Assembly: GCF_003044035.1 (NCBI RefSeq)
Contig: NZ_NVQC01000037.1
Coordinates: 1-6,926 of the forward strand
DNA length: 6,926 bases
Origin: Candidatus Methylomirabilis limnetica
GTDB taxonomy: Bacteria > Methylomirabilota > Methylomirabilia > Methylomirabilales > Methylomirabilaceae
Reading direction: 5' to 3'
Notes under the pieces: generated by a model
The model's database searches: none
The model's input: only the letters and a program-made list of their open reading frames with translations
Told to the model about the DNA's origin: nothing
Shown: positions 6,289 to 6,926 of the stretch, one piece after another
Layout: each line of letters opens with the position of its first letter
How positions within the stretch are numbered: the stretch's first letter is position 1
Made by a program: the position numbers and the translations under genes

Positions 6289-6298
6289 AGGAGGCCCC

Positions 6299-6724
6299 AT
6301 GGGACCATCTACTCCGCCGATTGATGCACTCTCAAGGCAACGTGATGCACTGCGGGCGCAACTCGTCTCCGTAGGGGATATGCGGCCCGGCTCTCTGGTG
6401 GCGCGCTATCGCAAGTGTGGCAAGCCCTCCTGCCGATGTGCGGGTCAGGGCGAGCGAGGGCATGGCCCCAGCTGGTCCTTGACCCATGCGGTGGAGGGCA
6501 AGACCCGGACCAAGATTATCCCGGCCGCGGCGGTGTCGCAGACCCTGGAGCAGATTACAGCATATCGTCGGTTTCGTCGCCTGATCCGTGAGTTGGTCGA
6601 TGTCAGCGAAAAACTGTGTAACGATCAGCTTAAAGCCCCCCAGGCGGCCGAACCCTCGGCGGCCAAAAAGGGGGCTTCAAAAGCGCCTTCGTTGCCGAGA
6701 TCGAAGCCGAGGTCGACGCGCTGA
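6299..6724 (+). CDS. IS transposase, N-terminal segment (Cys-rich DUF6788-like domain), terminated by a frame break
   Basis: ATG 6299 is preceded by AAGGAGG (6288-6294). The translation contains GDMRPGSLVARYRKCGKPSCRCAGQGERGHGPSWSLTH..GKTRTKIIP...ITAYRRFRRLIRELVDVSEKLC. This is the conserved N-terminal module I recognise from ISKra4-family transposases. The tracked GTG 6239 start lies inside the promoter and is rejected. The last ~15 codons (ASKAPSLPRSKPRSTR) are probably out-of-frame read-through. Confidence 0.8.
   Translation: MGPSTPPIDALSRQRDALRAQLVSVGDMRPGSLVARYRKCGKPSCRCAGQGERGHGPSWSLTHAVEGKTRTKIIPAAAVSQTLEQITAYRRFRRLIRELVDVSEKLCNDQLKAPQAAEPSAAKKGASKAPSLPRSKPRSTR
6664..6674 (+). other. 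Frame-break site C-AAA-AAG-GGGG (A5G5 homopolymer pair). It could be a -1 ribosomal or transcriptional slippage site, a 1-nt deletion, or a sequencing error.
   Basis: In the zero frame the codons are GCC AAA AAG GGG (6662-6673). A -1 shift after AAG joins ...PSAAKK to GGFKSAFVAEIE.... The A-AAG motif resembles slippery sites known from IS1 and IS3 families. Only five A residues are present, however, and I saw no obvious downstream structure. Confidence 0.3.
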
Positions 6725-6926
6725 TCGGTCCGGGCACGGCCGAGGGGATCGACTTCGAGGCGATCGAGACGGCGGTACGCCGACAGGCGCTCGGGGTCGC
6801 CTGTCGCGCGGTGGAGGGGCGCCTCAACGCCGACGAATCCGACCACGCCGGCCCGCAGCTTGCGTGTGGGTGTGGTGCAGCGGCCCGCTATGCCGGCCGC
6901 CACGCCAAGACGATCACCCTTTCGCC
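6670..6926 (+). CDS. IS transposase, continuation in the -1 frame (partial, runs off the window); absent from the supplied ORF track
   Basis: My own translation of frame 1 from 6670 gives GGFKSAFVAEIEAEVDALIGPGTAEGIDFEAIETAVRRQALGVACRAVEGRLNADESDHAGPQLACGCGAAARYAGRHAKTITLS, with no stop to the edge. The FEAIE..RRQAL...RLNAD.SD..GP...C.CG..ARY.GR..KT pattern is what I recall for ISKra4-type transposases. Frame 1 is open from 6634, after TAA stops at 6619 and 6631. Confidence 0.7.

Larger units (their letters stand above)
6234..6926 (+). mobile_element. Left part of an ISKra4-family-like insertion sequence. The true left terminus is undetermined (somewhere in ~6183-6262), and the element continues past the window edge.
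   Basis: The transposase shows ISKra4-like hallmarks (see the two CDS segments below). GC rises abruptly relative to the neighbouring gene: hand counts give 37/60 for 6661-6720 and 45/60 for 6781-6840. I could not identify a terminal inverted repeat because the other end is outside the window. Confidence 0.7.

Noticed and set aside
6239-6298. GTG 6239 as the transposase start, as given in the ORF track
   Set aside because: The first 20 codons coincide with the -35 box, -10 box and palindrome. A strong RBS precedes ATG 6299, and family conservation starts after that ATG.

Overview
This 6.9-kb window holds part of a surface-polysaccharide (EPS/O-antigen-type) locus, bordered on the right by an insertion sequence. 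Overall GC is moderate, but individual 60-nt lines I hand-counted range from 23/60 to 45/60. Four same-strand (+) genes are tightly packed. The first is a family-2 glycosyltransferase whose canonical N-terminal part is missing or replaced (homology starts near nt 122). It is followed by a DegT/DnrJ/EryC1/StrS-type PLP aminotransferase (897-2075, overlapping the GT2 stop by 11 nt), a class I SAM methyltransferase (2186-3115), and an asparagine-synthetase-like PP-loop enzyme with no glutaminase domain (3174-4760). Convergent to these on the minus strand is a secreted or lipid-anchored right-handed parallel beta-helix protein (4812-6071, or 6206 if the long start is used). It is a likely polysaccharide lyase, hydrolase or epimerase. 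From about 6234 to the right edge lies the left part of an ISKra4-like IS. It has a near-consensus sigma70 promoter, a perfect 9-bp palindrome and a strong RBS. Its transposase has a Cys-rich N-terminus (CGKPSCRC...GHGP) and is broken by a -1 frame change at C-AAA-AAG-GGGG. The continuation frame is absent from the supplied ORF track and runs off the window. The extreme left 122 nt are odd: a 13-bp palindrome plus two tandem 24-bp repeats abut the point where GT2 homology begins. I found no tRNA, rRNA or CRISPR array, and no recognisable defence, toxin or secretion system. The most novel candidate is the sugar-tailoring cassette built around the glutaminase-less AsnB homolog. That reading is inference from motifs only, and no database search was possible.
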